Shown here piece after piece: positions 19,039-27,900 of a stretch of 64,000 nucleotides of DNA. A model generated the notes under the pieces. The model was not told the origin of the DNA. It saw only the letters and a list, made by a program, of their open reading frames with translations, and searched no databases. Numbering within the stretch: the first letter of the stretch is position 1; each line of letters opens with the position of its first letter. Position numbers and translations under genes: made by a program. Source of the DNA: an uncultured Bacteroidales bacterium (lineage in GTDB: Bacteria; Bacteroidota; Bacteroidia; Bacteroidales; WCHB1-69); assembly GCA_937901925.1 (NCBI GenBank), contig CALGTS010000056.1:5102-69101 (forward strand). Direction: 5' to 3'.

Positions 19039-20124
19039 ATGAAAACACTAACAAAACTAATTATTATCTCATCAATACTCATTTTAAATATATTGGAAAC
19101 GAGAGCCCAGCAATATAAACGAGAGGTAGGTTATTTGACCTCTACGACTACAACTTATTCAATTCCTGAAAAAACGGACATTCATGTTTTGGGAGATTTG
19201 GATTTGATTCAAATGCAAAAAGAGCCTGCAAAGGAGGAGTGTAAGATTCTTGTAGATCATAACAATAAGATAACAACAATCAATACTTACTTAAATGCAC
19301 CAAGGTTTCAGAACGATTTTACCAATGAAGTTGGAAAAAGAATCTGTGACGAACAAGGAATGACACTTTTAGATCATCATGGAAATATTCTTCGCCATCC
19401 TACAGATACTGATAATGTGAATGTTTTCCCACTCAGTGATCGTGAAATTGAACAATTGGGCATTTATAACGAACTTTTTGATCAAAATCCTCGAGATATT
19501 TTTAATAGGTTTCTACAAGATGGGTTTCGAGCTAATTTTGATTCACGTAGAGGTGTTATCAAAGCAGAAATGCAAAATATCCTTACTATTATAGATTTTA
19601 GAAATTATATTGTAGAGATAATTGCCTATGATGGTAGAGTTGTTGATAATTCAATATCAACATTCTATAAAAGAGTAAATGGTTATTATATTCCCACAAT
19701 GCGCATTAGGACAAATTACAAGGAAATAAATGGAATTCGTGTAGAGAGGGTTGAAAATTGTGTCTATCAAAATTACTATGTAATTGACAAAAGAGGTAAA
19801 AAAATGGTGGATTTTTCTCAAAAAGTTATCAATCCTAATACAAAAGAATTGATAATGCAGGAATATAATGAATCAGAAAATCCATTTATGTTATCCATTT
19901 ATCCCAATCCAGTAGATCATCAAATTACAATAACGGTTATGGATGGAGAGAAAGAAATGGCAGAAATTACACTCTTTGATATGTCATATAAAAAGTTGAT
20001 TACAAGAAAGATAGAAACAGGAATTCCTGTAGAAATTGACGTATCATTTCTCCCTTCAGGTAATTATATTTTATATTGCCGAAGTGGGAAAAATGAGGAA
20101 TCTCAAAAAATTATCAAAAAATAA
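19039..20124 (+). CDS. hypothetical secreted protein with T9SS C-terminal sorting domain
   Basis: Signal peptide MKTLTKLIIISSILILNILETRAQ. The last ~80 aa (LSIYPNPVDHQITITV...LPSGNYILYCRSG) match the type A T9SS CTD pattern. The N-terminal ~270 aa are unrecognised. Confidence 0.7.
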   Translation: MKTLTKLIIISSILILNILETRAQQYKREVGYLTSTTTTYSIPEKTDIHVLGDLDLIQMQKEPAKEECKILVDHNNKITTINTYLNAPRFQNDFTNEVGKRICDEQGMTLLDHHGNILRHPTDTDNVNVFPLSDREIEQLGIYNELFDQNPRDIFNRFLQDGFRANFDSRRGVIKAEMQNILTIIDFRNYIVEIIAYDGRVVDNSISTFYKRVNGYYIPTMRIRTNYKEINGIRVERVENCVYQNYYVIDKRGKKMVDFSQKVINPNTKELIMQEYNESENPFMLSIYPNPVDHQITITVMDGEKEMAEITLFDMSYKKLITRKIETGIPVEIDVSFLPSGNYILYCRSGKNEESQKIIKK

Positions 20125-20144
20125 ATCTTAAAAAACTGAGGATT

Positions 20145-21716
20145 ATGAAAAAAATTATATTTTTATGCTCTCTTTTAATTTGTGGTATGAGCAACGCATG
20201 GTGTCAAATAGATTCTTTGAATGGACATATACCCATTGGGTTTGGCCCCTCTTTTACTACACCTTTTAACCCAGATGATTTTGTTAGCCAACCCCTTCCA
20301 GAACCAGAGACTACAGGTGATTTTCGAAGACTATACTTTATACATGGTTTAGGAGGAGATCGCTCTTCGTGGACAGTTGCTTCTGATGCTTGTTGGGATG
20401 AGGAATTGCATATCCCAGGATTTCTTGCGCGTAACTGTTTTGTTACACGTTTAGATTATACGCATAGCGTCAATGGAACCCTAAATACAGCAGCTTATCA
20501 AATCCGCGATGATATACGTTTACAAGCACAACAAGATATTCTCAATTATGGACTAGATCCAGCGCGAGCAATCATTTTCGGTCATAGTCAAGGTGGTGTG
20601 GTTGGTCGTACCATTTTACACCTTGACGCAACAGGAGATGACCCCTATCCTTGGTACGGATTAGGTTATGGCGGTTTTGTTAATGTAGCAGGCCCCCTTC
20701 AAGGTGCAAAAATTTTGAACAATCGCCATAAAATTCAAGATATGGCTGAAGATGCTTGCCGCTCTTTAATCAAAGGTCCTGAAAGTAGTAATTTCTGGAT
20801 TGATAAAATTCTGCAAGTTTTAGATAAAGATTATACCATTACAAACGGAGTTTGCAATGTAGTCAGTCAGCAATTGTTGCCAACCTTTTTTAGCGATTAC
20901 TATCAATCTATTACTGCCGACTATTGTGTAGATGCACCTTTTATTGATGAACTAAATCGAGATAGTATCTATCCTATTTACAATAATTTGCAAAAGATTT
21001 CTGCGTATGCTGTAGAGGACCAAAACAACCTTTTCTGGAGAACGGCCAATTGGTTAATACATAATCCGAATGACGCAGCTCCTTTCGAAGCCAATGATGA
21101 CTGGGAATTTTACAACACTTTCATCCATCCTGCGTACCAATATTACAAAAGTAACTACCTCGTTAATGAAGCTCGTTATGAAAATAGTATGAATGTCGCA
21201 AATTGCACTTGGTGGATACCTTTGGTTGGGTTAGGTGCATATCTTCATGCCCAGATGTTCTATAACAGAATGTTAAATTGGCAAGAAGGTGTGGAATGGT
21301 TCGATAATGCTGATGATTGTTGGAAAAATGTAATTGGTGCCAAAGAGGTCCATATTAATCGTATCGCACATGGTGTAAGTCGTATTCTATGGCCTGAATA
21401 TGGCTTTACTCAAGATGCTGTCACCTCCATCTATAACTATTTGAATGGAACGCCGGTTGTGCACAATTCTTGGCAAATTGTTTTCGAAGATAAACTCAAC
21501 GATGGTATCGTTCTTGCAGAAAGCGCTGCCGACCTTACCTCTGCAACGCATACTCCTATTAAAATTTATGGTAGTTGTGATGCTGGAACAGGGTCTCAAG
21601 GCTCTTCTCATATGCAAGTTCGTAACGATTGTGGATTTAAAGAGTTCTTGAACAATTTGTTTAATGGCAATTATGGTACATTCTTCCAGACAAGTCCTAA
21701 ACAACAAGGAAATTAA
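20145..21716 (+). CDS. secreted alpha/beta-hydrolase (lipase/esterase-like)
   Basis: Has a signal peptide, FIHGLGGDRSSW (oxyanion HG), nucleophile elbow GHSQGG, and a C-terminal SSHMQV candidate catalytic His. Confidence 0.6.
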   Translation: MKKIIFLCSLLICGMSNAWCQIDSLNGHIPIGFGPSFTTPFNPDDFVSQPLPEPETTGDFRRLYFIHGLGGDRSSWTVASDACWDEELHIPGFLARNCFVTRLDYTHSVNGTLNTAAYQIRDDIRLQAQQDILNYGLDPARAIIFGHSQGGVVGRTILHLDATGDDPYPWYGLGYGGFVNVAGPLQGAKILNNRHKIQDMAEDACRSLIKGPESSNFWIDKILQVLDKDYTITNGVCNVVSQQLLPTFFSDYYQSITADYCVDAPFIDELNRDSIYPIYNNLQKISAYAVEDQNNLFWRTANWLIHNPNDAAPFEANDDWEFYNTFIHPAYQYYKSNYLVNEARYENSMNVANCTWWIPLVGLGAYLHAQMFYNRMLNWQEGVEWFDNADDCWKNVIGAKEVHINRIAHGVSRILWPEYGFTQDAVTSIYNYLNGTPVVHNSWQIVFEDKLNDGIVLAESAADLTSATHTPIKIYGSCDAGTGSQGSSHMQVRNDCGFKEFLNNLFNGNYGTFFQTSPKQQGN

Positions 21717-21741
21717 TTAAACCAATAAAATCCATAATATT

Positions 21742-23016
21742 ATGAAACCAAAAACTATCTTTTTCTTAGCTTTATTTATCTTAAGTGCGTTAACCTATTC
21801 ATGCAAAGACCCAAATGGAGGAGACGATACAACTCCTACATACACAGATGAGGATGTAGCTATTCTATGGCAGAGAAATATCGTAACAGATAGCCTTTTT
21901 GTATCTTCGCTCCCCCTAAAAATTTCAGGCGATAAGCTGATTTATGCTTCTGCTTTAGATTTTGAATACGTGTCAACCCCTCGACATGGAATTGCAGTCT
22001 ATGACAAGCTTACAGGTGATTTTGCACAAGATTGGCCCGTTAGTGAATGTGGATTGGCTACGCTTACATCGGAACCTATTAACGATTTTACAATCGCCGG
22101 AAATAATAATGATCTACTCGTTTTTGTAGATGAGGAAAAATATCAGGCTTACACGCTGTCAGGACAGCAACATCTTTGGACCTATAGCGAAGCAAGCACT
22201 TGGCCAATGAATTTTGTTAACCCAATAGGAAAAGATGTTTTGGTTGGTATTGCTATGGAAGGATACAATAGTTACGGTTCTATCGGAAGATTGTTTTCAG
22301 AAAATGGACAATTCGAAATGTTTCAAACATTTGATGGTGTGTCTGGACACGATATGAATTGTCTGCCAATGTCTGTTGCTTATACCGTAAACTCAAATCT
22401 TGATACACTTCTGTTATATACATTCCTCTATTGGGATTATACGGCTATGGATTTTTGGCTAGTTGCCAATTGCTATAACCTTACTCAAAGAAAAGTCGAA
22501 TGGCAAAAAGAGAATTTTACAACTAACGAAGATCCTAAAAATTTCCTTCCTATTATCCATAACAATCTTGTAATTTTCTGTTGTACACACTCAATGCATT
22601 GCCTTGATATTAATACGGGTGAAGTGGTGTGGCAGAAATATTTCTCTAATGATAATCTTACTTATACTCCTCCTCTGCTGGATAATGGCAGACTCTACAT
22701 TCAAACCTACACTGGAAAATATTATTGCCTCAATATAGAAAATGGTGCAGAAATCTGGAAAAAGGTATATTATTATTGTCCTGCAAGTGTTAGTCAAATG
22801 GCGATATACAATGGATTGATTTTCTGTACAGGAAATAAAGTTTATGACCACGATTTGTTAGCAATTTCTACAACAACAGGTGAGATAGTTTGGAAATTTT
22901 CATCTCCTAATTATGATTTCAAAGGTGGTGTAACCATTGACCCTGCAACAGGTTTGCTCTATTGTACCACTTTCAATAAAATTCTTTGTATTGATATAAA
23001 AAACATTGTAGGTTAG
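21742..23016 (+). CDS. PQQ-like beta-propeller repeat lipoprotein
   Basis: Lipobox ALTYSC followed by KD. Repeated motifs G(E/A)xxW(Q/K)K...G.(L/I)Y are typical of PQQ/BamB-like propeller blades. Confidence 0.6.
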   Translation: MKPKTIFFLALFILSALTYSCKDPNGGDDTTPTYTDEDVAILWQRNIVTDSLFVSSLPLKISGDKLIYASALDFEYVSTPRHGIAVYDKLTGDFAQDWPVSECGLATLTSEPINDFTIAGNNNDLLVFVDEEKYQAYTLSGQQHLWTYSEASTWPMNFVNPIGKDVLVGIAMEGYNSYGSIGRLFSENGQFEMFQTFDGVSGHDMNCLPMSVAYTVNSNLDTLLLYTFLYWDYTAMDFWLVANCYNLTQRKVEWQKENFTTNEDPKNFLPIIHNNLVIFCCTHSMHCLDINTGEVVWQKYFSNDNLTYTPPLLDNGRLYIQTYTGKYYCLNIENGAEIWKKVYYYCPASVSQMAIYNGLIFCTGNKVYDHDLLAISTTTGEIVWKFSSPNYDFKGGVTIDPATGLLYCTTFNKILCIDIKNIVG

Positions 23017-23027
23017 ATGCTTAAACC

Positions 23028-23053
23028 AAGGCGGCCTTATTAAGGTCGCCTTT
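23028..23053 (+). terminator. rho-independent terminator after the propeller gene
   Basis: AAGGCGGCC-TTATT-AAGGTCGCCTT hairpin with one G-U pair, then TTT. It lies 12 nt after the stop. Confidence 0.5.
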
Positions 23054-23193
23054 TAAAAAGCTTAATGTCAATTGGTTAATAGATTGTCCTGCCATAAATC
23101 TATTCCCAAAGATTTATGATTCTCGTAAAAAACGTCTATCTACAAGTCTGATTTTGTAACATCGGTTTTTGCTTCAGAAATAGGTTCCTATAT

Positions 23194-23463
23194 CTATCTG
23201 AGAAACAAATATATCCATAAACATATTTGTATTACCATTATAATAGGAATGCCCAATTTAAATTTTTGATGTTTAGTTTTATGGCGCCAGGTTTTTATTC
23301 CAATCCACGCTCCAATGCTGCCGCCAAGAATGGCAAGAGTAATCAGAATTTTTTCTGAAACTCTCCATTTGCTTTTCTTCGCTTTATATTTATCTATCCC
23401 ATATATAAAAAATGTAACTATATTAATAATAATGAGATAGTTGATGAATATAGAACTTTCCAT
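23194..23463 (-). CDS. DUF1294-family small membrane protein
   Basis: 89 aa with YGIDKYKAKKSKWRVSE...LGGSIGAWIG...RHKTKHQKF, which is the DUF1294 signature. Confidence 0.75.
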   Translation of the reverse strand: MESSIFINYLIIINIVTFFIYGIDKYKAKKSKWRVSEKILITLAILGGSIGAWIGIKTWRHKTKHQKFKLGIPIIMVIQICLWIYLFLR

Positions 23464-23472
23464 GCGAATCTC

Positions 23473-23850
23473 CTACACTATTTTTACAATCCAATATCCT
23501 AATGCAATCAAAAGAAGTCCCAAGATAATGCTTATAACGATATAACTGGCAAATCCCAAAAGATTTCCGTTCTGAAGCATTTGTACGCTTTCATGAGCAA
23601 ATGCAGAGAAAGTGGTAAATCCTCCGCATACCCCAGTAGTAAGCAGTAAACACCATGTATTGGTAGGCGAACTTGCTCTGTTGAAAGTTGCAAAAACTAC
23701 GCCAAACAGAAAGCATCCGATGAGGTTCACAAGTAATGTGCCCCAAGGAAAATCTTGATTACAAACAGTTTTCATTAGAGAAGATAAATAGTACCTCAGT
23801 GCGCCTCCGAAAAAGCTACCAATGCCAACAATCAATAATGACTTTATCAT
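23473..23850 (-). CDS. crcB: fluoride efflux channel CrcB/Fluc
   Basis: 125 aa, four TM segments, GSFFGGALRY and CGGFTTFSAF motifs. Confidence 0.9.
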   Translation of the reverse strand: MIKSLLIVGIGSFFGGALRYYLSSLMKTVCNQDFPWGTLLVNLIGCFLFGVVFATFNRASSPTNTWCLLLTTGVCGGFTTFSAFAHESVQMLQNGNLLGFASYIVISIILGLLLIALGYWIVKIV

Positions 23851-23892
23851 AAATGGATAATTGCTTCTTTCTATTTCACTTTATTTATTCTG

Positions 23893-23900
23893 CAAAATTA
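23893..23900 (-). promoter_or_regulatory. putative -7 box for crcB
   Basis: Minus strand reads TAATTTTG, 43 nt upstream of the crcB ATG. Confidence 0.35.
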
Positions 23901-24051
23901 TCAATTTTATCGAAATTTGAGATGAATTTTGGGTGAAAGATTACTTTTCAATAAATCAAAGTTTGAAGAATGGACGATTTTTATGTTGAGAAAGCATACT
24001 AACGCCAAAGGATTTTTCGTTATAGGCAAAAATTAAAACAAAATCAGAATT

Positions 24052-24231
24052 ATGGAAACTAAAGAGAAAGTATTAGAAACAATGAAAGGTGCAGGAGAAC
24101 CTTTAAATGCTGGTAAAATTGCAGAACTTAGTGGCTTAGACCGCAAAGAAGTTGATAAAGCTATGAAACAACTCAAGGATGAAGGCGCCATTATTTCGCC
24201 TGTCCGTTGCAAATGGGAACCCGCAAAATAA
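24052..24231 (+). CDS. 59-aa winged-helix (MarR-like) mini-protein
   Basis: Below the ORF-track size cutoff; found by eye. [59 protein letters not shown] has a helix-turn-helix plus wing pattern (AGxIAExxGxDKKEVxKxxKxLKxEGxI). Confidence 0.6.
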   Translation: METKEKVLETMKGAGEPLNAGKIAELSGLDRKEVDKAMKQLKDEGAIISPVRCKWEPAK

Positions 24232-24284
24232 GATTGGATTTAGTCCCGAAAAGTATCTAAAATTATTTTCGCAGATAATTTTTT

Positions 24285-24342
24285 TAGCTTTGAAGTGTGC
24301 TTTCACTTCGGCCCGCTTCCGTTTCAACACACTTCAAAGCTA
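24285..24342. repeat. 15-bp perfect inverted repeat with 28-nt GC-rich loop
   Basis: TAGCTTTGAAGTGTG (24285-24299) and CACACTTCAAAGCTA (24328-24342) flank the loop CTTTCACTTCGGCCCGCTTCCGTTTCAA. It sits exactly where transposase homology ends. Confidence 0.7.
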
Positions 24343-24740
24343 ATCCTACCGAAGGTGTTGTTGCTCGAGAACGAAAGTAGTAATTGGGTAGTTGCTGCAG
24401 CTGTCACCTCTACGCGTAGAGGCATAGAGCGCATCAATATAGAGAATGGGATAATAACTTTCCAAGGGCCGGACCAACCATTCTTCCGCCTCCTTCGGGC
24501 ATAATCGAACATACGGCTTACTTGGCTGGTGCTGTACTTCTTGCCGTATAACTCCTCAAGTACTACCGTAAATTTTTCGGTAACGACAGCCGTTGCTGTA
24601 ATCCGAGTAATTCTCATTGTGGATTTCGCGTTCCGATTTCATTAAAATTTCGAGACATTTCTTCAAAATCTCTTCCAATCCTGCTCCGTTGAGCAATTCG
24701 TGTTCTAAAATTTCGTACTTTTACGCTTGTGTAATTTCCA
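24343..24740 (-). pseudogene. IS256-family (mutator-type) transposase remnant, frameshifted and internally deleted
   Basis: Three minus-strand frames together give MEITQA*, then EILEHELLNGAGLEEILKKCLEILMKSEREIHNENYSDYSNGCRYRKIYGSG, then TEKFTVVLEELYGKKYSTSQVSRM, then AEEWLVRPLESYYPILYIDALYASTRRG. These are colinear with the IS256 transposase N-terminal half, and the C-terminal half is absent. Confidence 0.75.
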
Positions 24741-24829
24741 TTTTTTTATTTTTTTAGTTTTGCAAATATATCATATTTGCCGGAAATTACACATTCTGGG
24801 ATACTACCATAAACACGGTACCACACAAC

Positions 24830-24857
24830 AAAAAAAGAGACAACCCTTGTTTGCCTC
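24830..24857 (-). terminator. secondary rho-independent terminator (minus strand)
   Basis: Minus strand has GAGGCAA-ACAAGGG-TTGTCTC (G-U in the minus-strand RNA, A-C mismatch in the plus-strand RNA) followed by T7. Confidence 0.45.
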
Positions 24858-24868
24858 TTTTATCGTGA

Positions 24869-24894
24869 CCCGCCATAGGCGGGATTTTTTTTTT
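24869..24894 (+). terminator. rho-independent terminator (plus strand)
   Basis: CCCGCC-ATA-GGCGGG followed by A and T10. Confidence 0.55.
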
Positions 24895-24936
24895 GCTGCC
24901 CGCCTGCGCTCCGCGGGGGCGGGCTTGCCCTATTCG

Positions 24937-24973
24937 GTAAAATTATCTCCCTGCCCTGCGGGACAGGAGATAA
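24937..24973 (-). terminator. rho-independent terminator of the mosaic adhesin gene
   Basis: Minus strand has TTATCTCC TGTCCCGCAGGGCAGG GAGATAA: an 8-bp outer stem plus GC-rich inner pairs, then TTTT. It starts ~15 nt after the stop. Confidence 0.6.
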
Positions 24974-24988
24974 TTTTGTCATTTTTGA

Positions 24989-27900
24989 TTAATTGCGAAC
25001 ACAGCGAACTGAGTAGCCGATGTTCTCGTTGTAGAAGTTACTGTTCACGACGGCGAAGTTGTAGTACAAGTAGCGGTTGTAGGCGTAGTTGCTATTGCTC
25101 TGCGTAGCACTCCAGAAGCCAGCGCGGTTGCCGAAGTAGTAGTAGTAGCCGGTGTAGGTGCCAGCGGGACGGGCAGAAAAACCTGTAGCGTTGTTAGTAA
25201 TGGGATTGTACCCAACGGCACAATTATCTGTACTGCTATTCCATCCTTCTTCGCTTGCTAATGCTTTGGCAATATTGTCTTCATCACCACCGCACACATA
25301 TTGGCTTTGGCTGCTTACGTAGTTCGTCAACTCTGTCCACTCAGCATCGCTCGGAACGTGCCAACCATCGGGGCAGATCCCTTGCACGCCGCTCGGGTTA
25401 GCTTCACTGCTGGCAGAACCATTCATCACTGCTGCCCAGTTGTATAGGTAACCATAATCGGAAACATTAGCGCTGCTGCCATTAGGATAGTATCGGTAAG
25501 CAACCTCGTAACTTTCTTCTGTTCCTAATGGAATATTAGTTCCGTTGGCGTATTTTGTTGTTTTTAGGTTCTCGCGCATCCAGCATTGGTCGCCAATTTG
25601 CACGGTGTTATAAACATTACCGTCAACGTCGGTAACGGTAGGTACACCTGGGCAAGCTTGTGCGGAAGTAGGAGTATCCTCTCCTGAGTCTCTCTTAATA
25701 CATCTTACGCTGAATCCCATTCCTTTGGGTTGTTCTTCATTTAACATCTCGTTACAATAGTATCCAATAGATGCTGATTGAGCAGTGTGGATGTTTTGAT
25801 CGTATGACCAGAACCAAGTCTTACCTAATAAAGACTCAAATCCAAGACCAGCATTGTAGAAACCAGCTCCTACAGCGCTGAATCCGCTTTCATCTGTTCC
25901 AGCGTGTTCTGGTAACCATTTGTTGATATCGGTAGATTTCATACCATCAATATTAGCAACTGTTGAAACAGCATTGTAATATTGTGCCATTGATGGAATT
26001 GCCCAGCCTTCAGGACAAACACCTTGAACGTATGGGTAACCACTACCTGAAGCAGTTTTTACTTCTGGTTCTGCAGTGTCGTTTCCTTCTGCTACATTAA
26101 CTGCGGAGTACCAAGTATAAAGTAAACCAAAGTTAGCTTTATTGGCAGTTGTATCGGGATAAGCTTGGCTGCTGTAAGCTCTTGCAAATGCAACGTCTGA
26201 ACCATCACTATAAGTTGTAGTTCTTAAGTTGCTCTTTGTCCAACATTCACAACCAATACGTACAGTTTGATAGGTGTTGTTATCGGTATCAATTGCAGTT
26301 AAATCTGTTCCACATGGTGGATAGTTTACGATATAGTTTTTAGTATAATTTCGTGAATTTCCGCATTCGTCAGTAAGTTTCCAAACGATAGCATATGTGC
26401 CAGGAGCAATACGTCCCAAGATTGTACCGCTATTTACAGAAGAAGCATTATTACTAAGGGTAAGAGTTCCTTCGTAATTTGTAGTATAAGTAGGAGTAGG
26501 TACATTATATAATGTGTCACACGCACCATAATAGAGGGTTATATTAACATCAGCAATGTCGAAAGATGTGGTTGCGTTCGTTATGCTTGGTTTAACATTA
26601 ATAGTTACGGTAAATGGAGTTCCAGAGCAGCTACCTTCCCAAGGAGTAACTTCGTAAACTACGGTTTGAATTTCATTGCTGTTGTTTACCAAATTGCTTC
26701 CAGTAATAGGAGCAGTAGTAGGTGTGGATTGTGATGCTACACCTGTTACGCCTTCGTTGCTATCGATAGTCCAAGTATATGTAAGAGATGTGCTGGAAAC
26801 GCTTGGAGTATAGTTGAAACCTTGGCCAGAGCAGATATCGTAAGATGTGCCAGAAACAGTTTCAACAGCAGCGTGGGTGGTAACGGTAATATCATCAGTT
26901 GCAGTACAGCCAGAGTTGTTCGTGATAGTAACGGAGTATGTTTGGTCACCAACTACTTGAGCAGGGGTTGTGATACTATTAGTTGTTGCACCTGTTGACC
27001 ATTCGTAAGATGAGATGTTCGCTCCATTTGCGGTAAGAGTTGTGGTTTCACCGTAGCAAAGATCAGCATCTGTGGTAGTGATTTCCACTTGTGCAGTGCC
27101 AATGGCAATTGTTTTTGTAGCTGTTTTCGTACAACCAGCTGCATTTGTTGCGGTAACACTATAATTAAATGTAGTGTTAGTACCCAAATTAGAAATGGTC
27201 ATTATGTTATTGCCTGTTCCGCTTTCTTGCGTATTAACGGCAGGATCAACTGCCCAAGTATAACTGTATCCAGTTTCGCCAGAAGCGGTCATTTTAATTT
27301 CAGTTATGTTGGTTCCGCAAAGGTCAGTATTTGTGGTTAAGGTTACGGCAGTCATTTCTGCAGGTTGTTCAATGGTAATTTGAGCAGGAGTTGCAGGAAC
27401 TTCCTTACCCGAATTATCTTTTACAGTGATGTTGTAAGAACCAGCTGCCAAGTTTTCTACAGCATTATCGCCTAACAAAGCAGCAATATCATTGCGGGTT
27501 TCAGCGCCTGTAAGTGTATAAGTGAAAGGAGCTACACCATCAGAGATATTGATATTGATTTTGCCATCATTTCCACCGTAGCAGGTTACATCTTTTACTT
27601 TATCGAAAGTAGCTGCCAATGTACTTTCCCATTTTGCGTAGAGGGTGAAATCTGTAGTTGCTGTGCAATTGTCGCTCCAAACTACAGCATTGGTAAGCGC
27701 TTCATCATAGAACCAACCTACAAAGTTATAACCAGTACGAGTTGGGTTTGTTGCTGGCTGTACGGTACTCATAGCAGCACCAATTATGATTTGTTCATCT
27801 GATAGAGTAGGAGTTCCTCCGTTAGTATTGAAATGAACGGTTATTTGGTTAAGTGTCCATTTTGCGTAGAGAATAAAATTGCTTGTTTGTGTACAATTGG

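Noticed and set aside
23851-24051. Expected a fluoride riboswitch upstream of crcB.
   Set aside because: I read the minus strand of the whole spacer. There is no GGxGAUGG / CCGCC / CUGAUGA-type core. The only promoter-like box is 43 nt from the ATG, which leaves no room for the aptamer.
24727-24793. 12-bp perfect inverted repeats (TGTGTAATTTCC / GGAAATTACACA) flank a palindromic double promoter, which could be an invertible promoter switch.
   Set aside because: The enclosed segment is only 43 bp and is itself near-palindromic, so inversion would change almost nothing. No invertase or recombinase gene is nearby. One arm overlaps the transposase relic's start codon, so it more likely belongs to the IS end architecture.
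24866-24872. GTGACCC matches the 3' end of tRNA-Arg(ACG), which could be an att-site duplication marking an integrated island.
   Set aside because: The identity is only 7 nt, which is expected by chance in 64 kb. It is kept only as a caveat in the islet finding.
24727-25107. 126-aa plus-strand ORF (MCNFHFF...).
   Set aside because: It runs through the promoter palindrome, four terminator hairpins and antisense into the adhesin 3' end. Its Arg/Cys/Ser-rich composition is typical of a GC-hairpin read-through.
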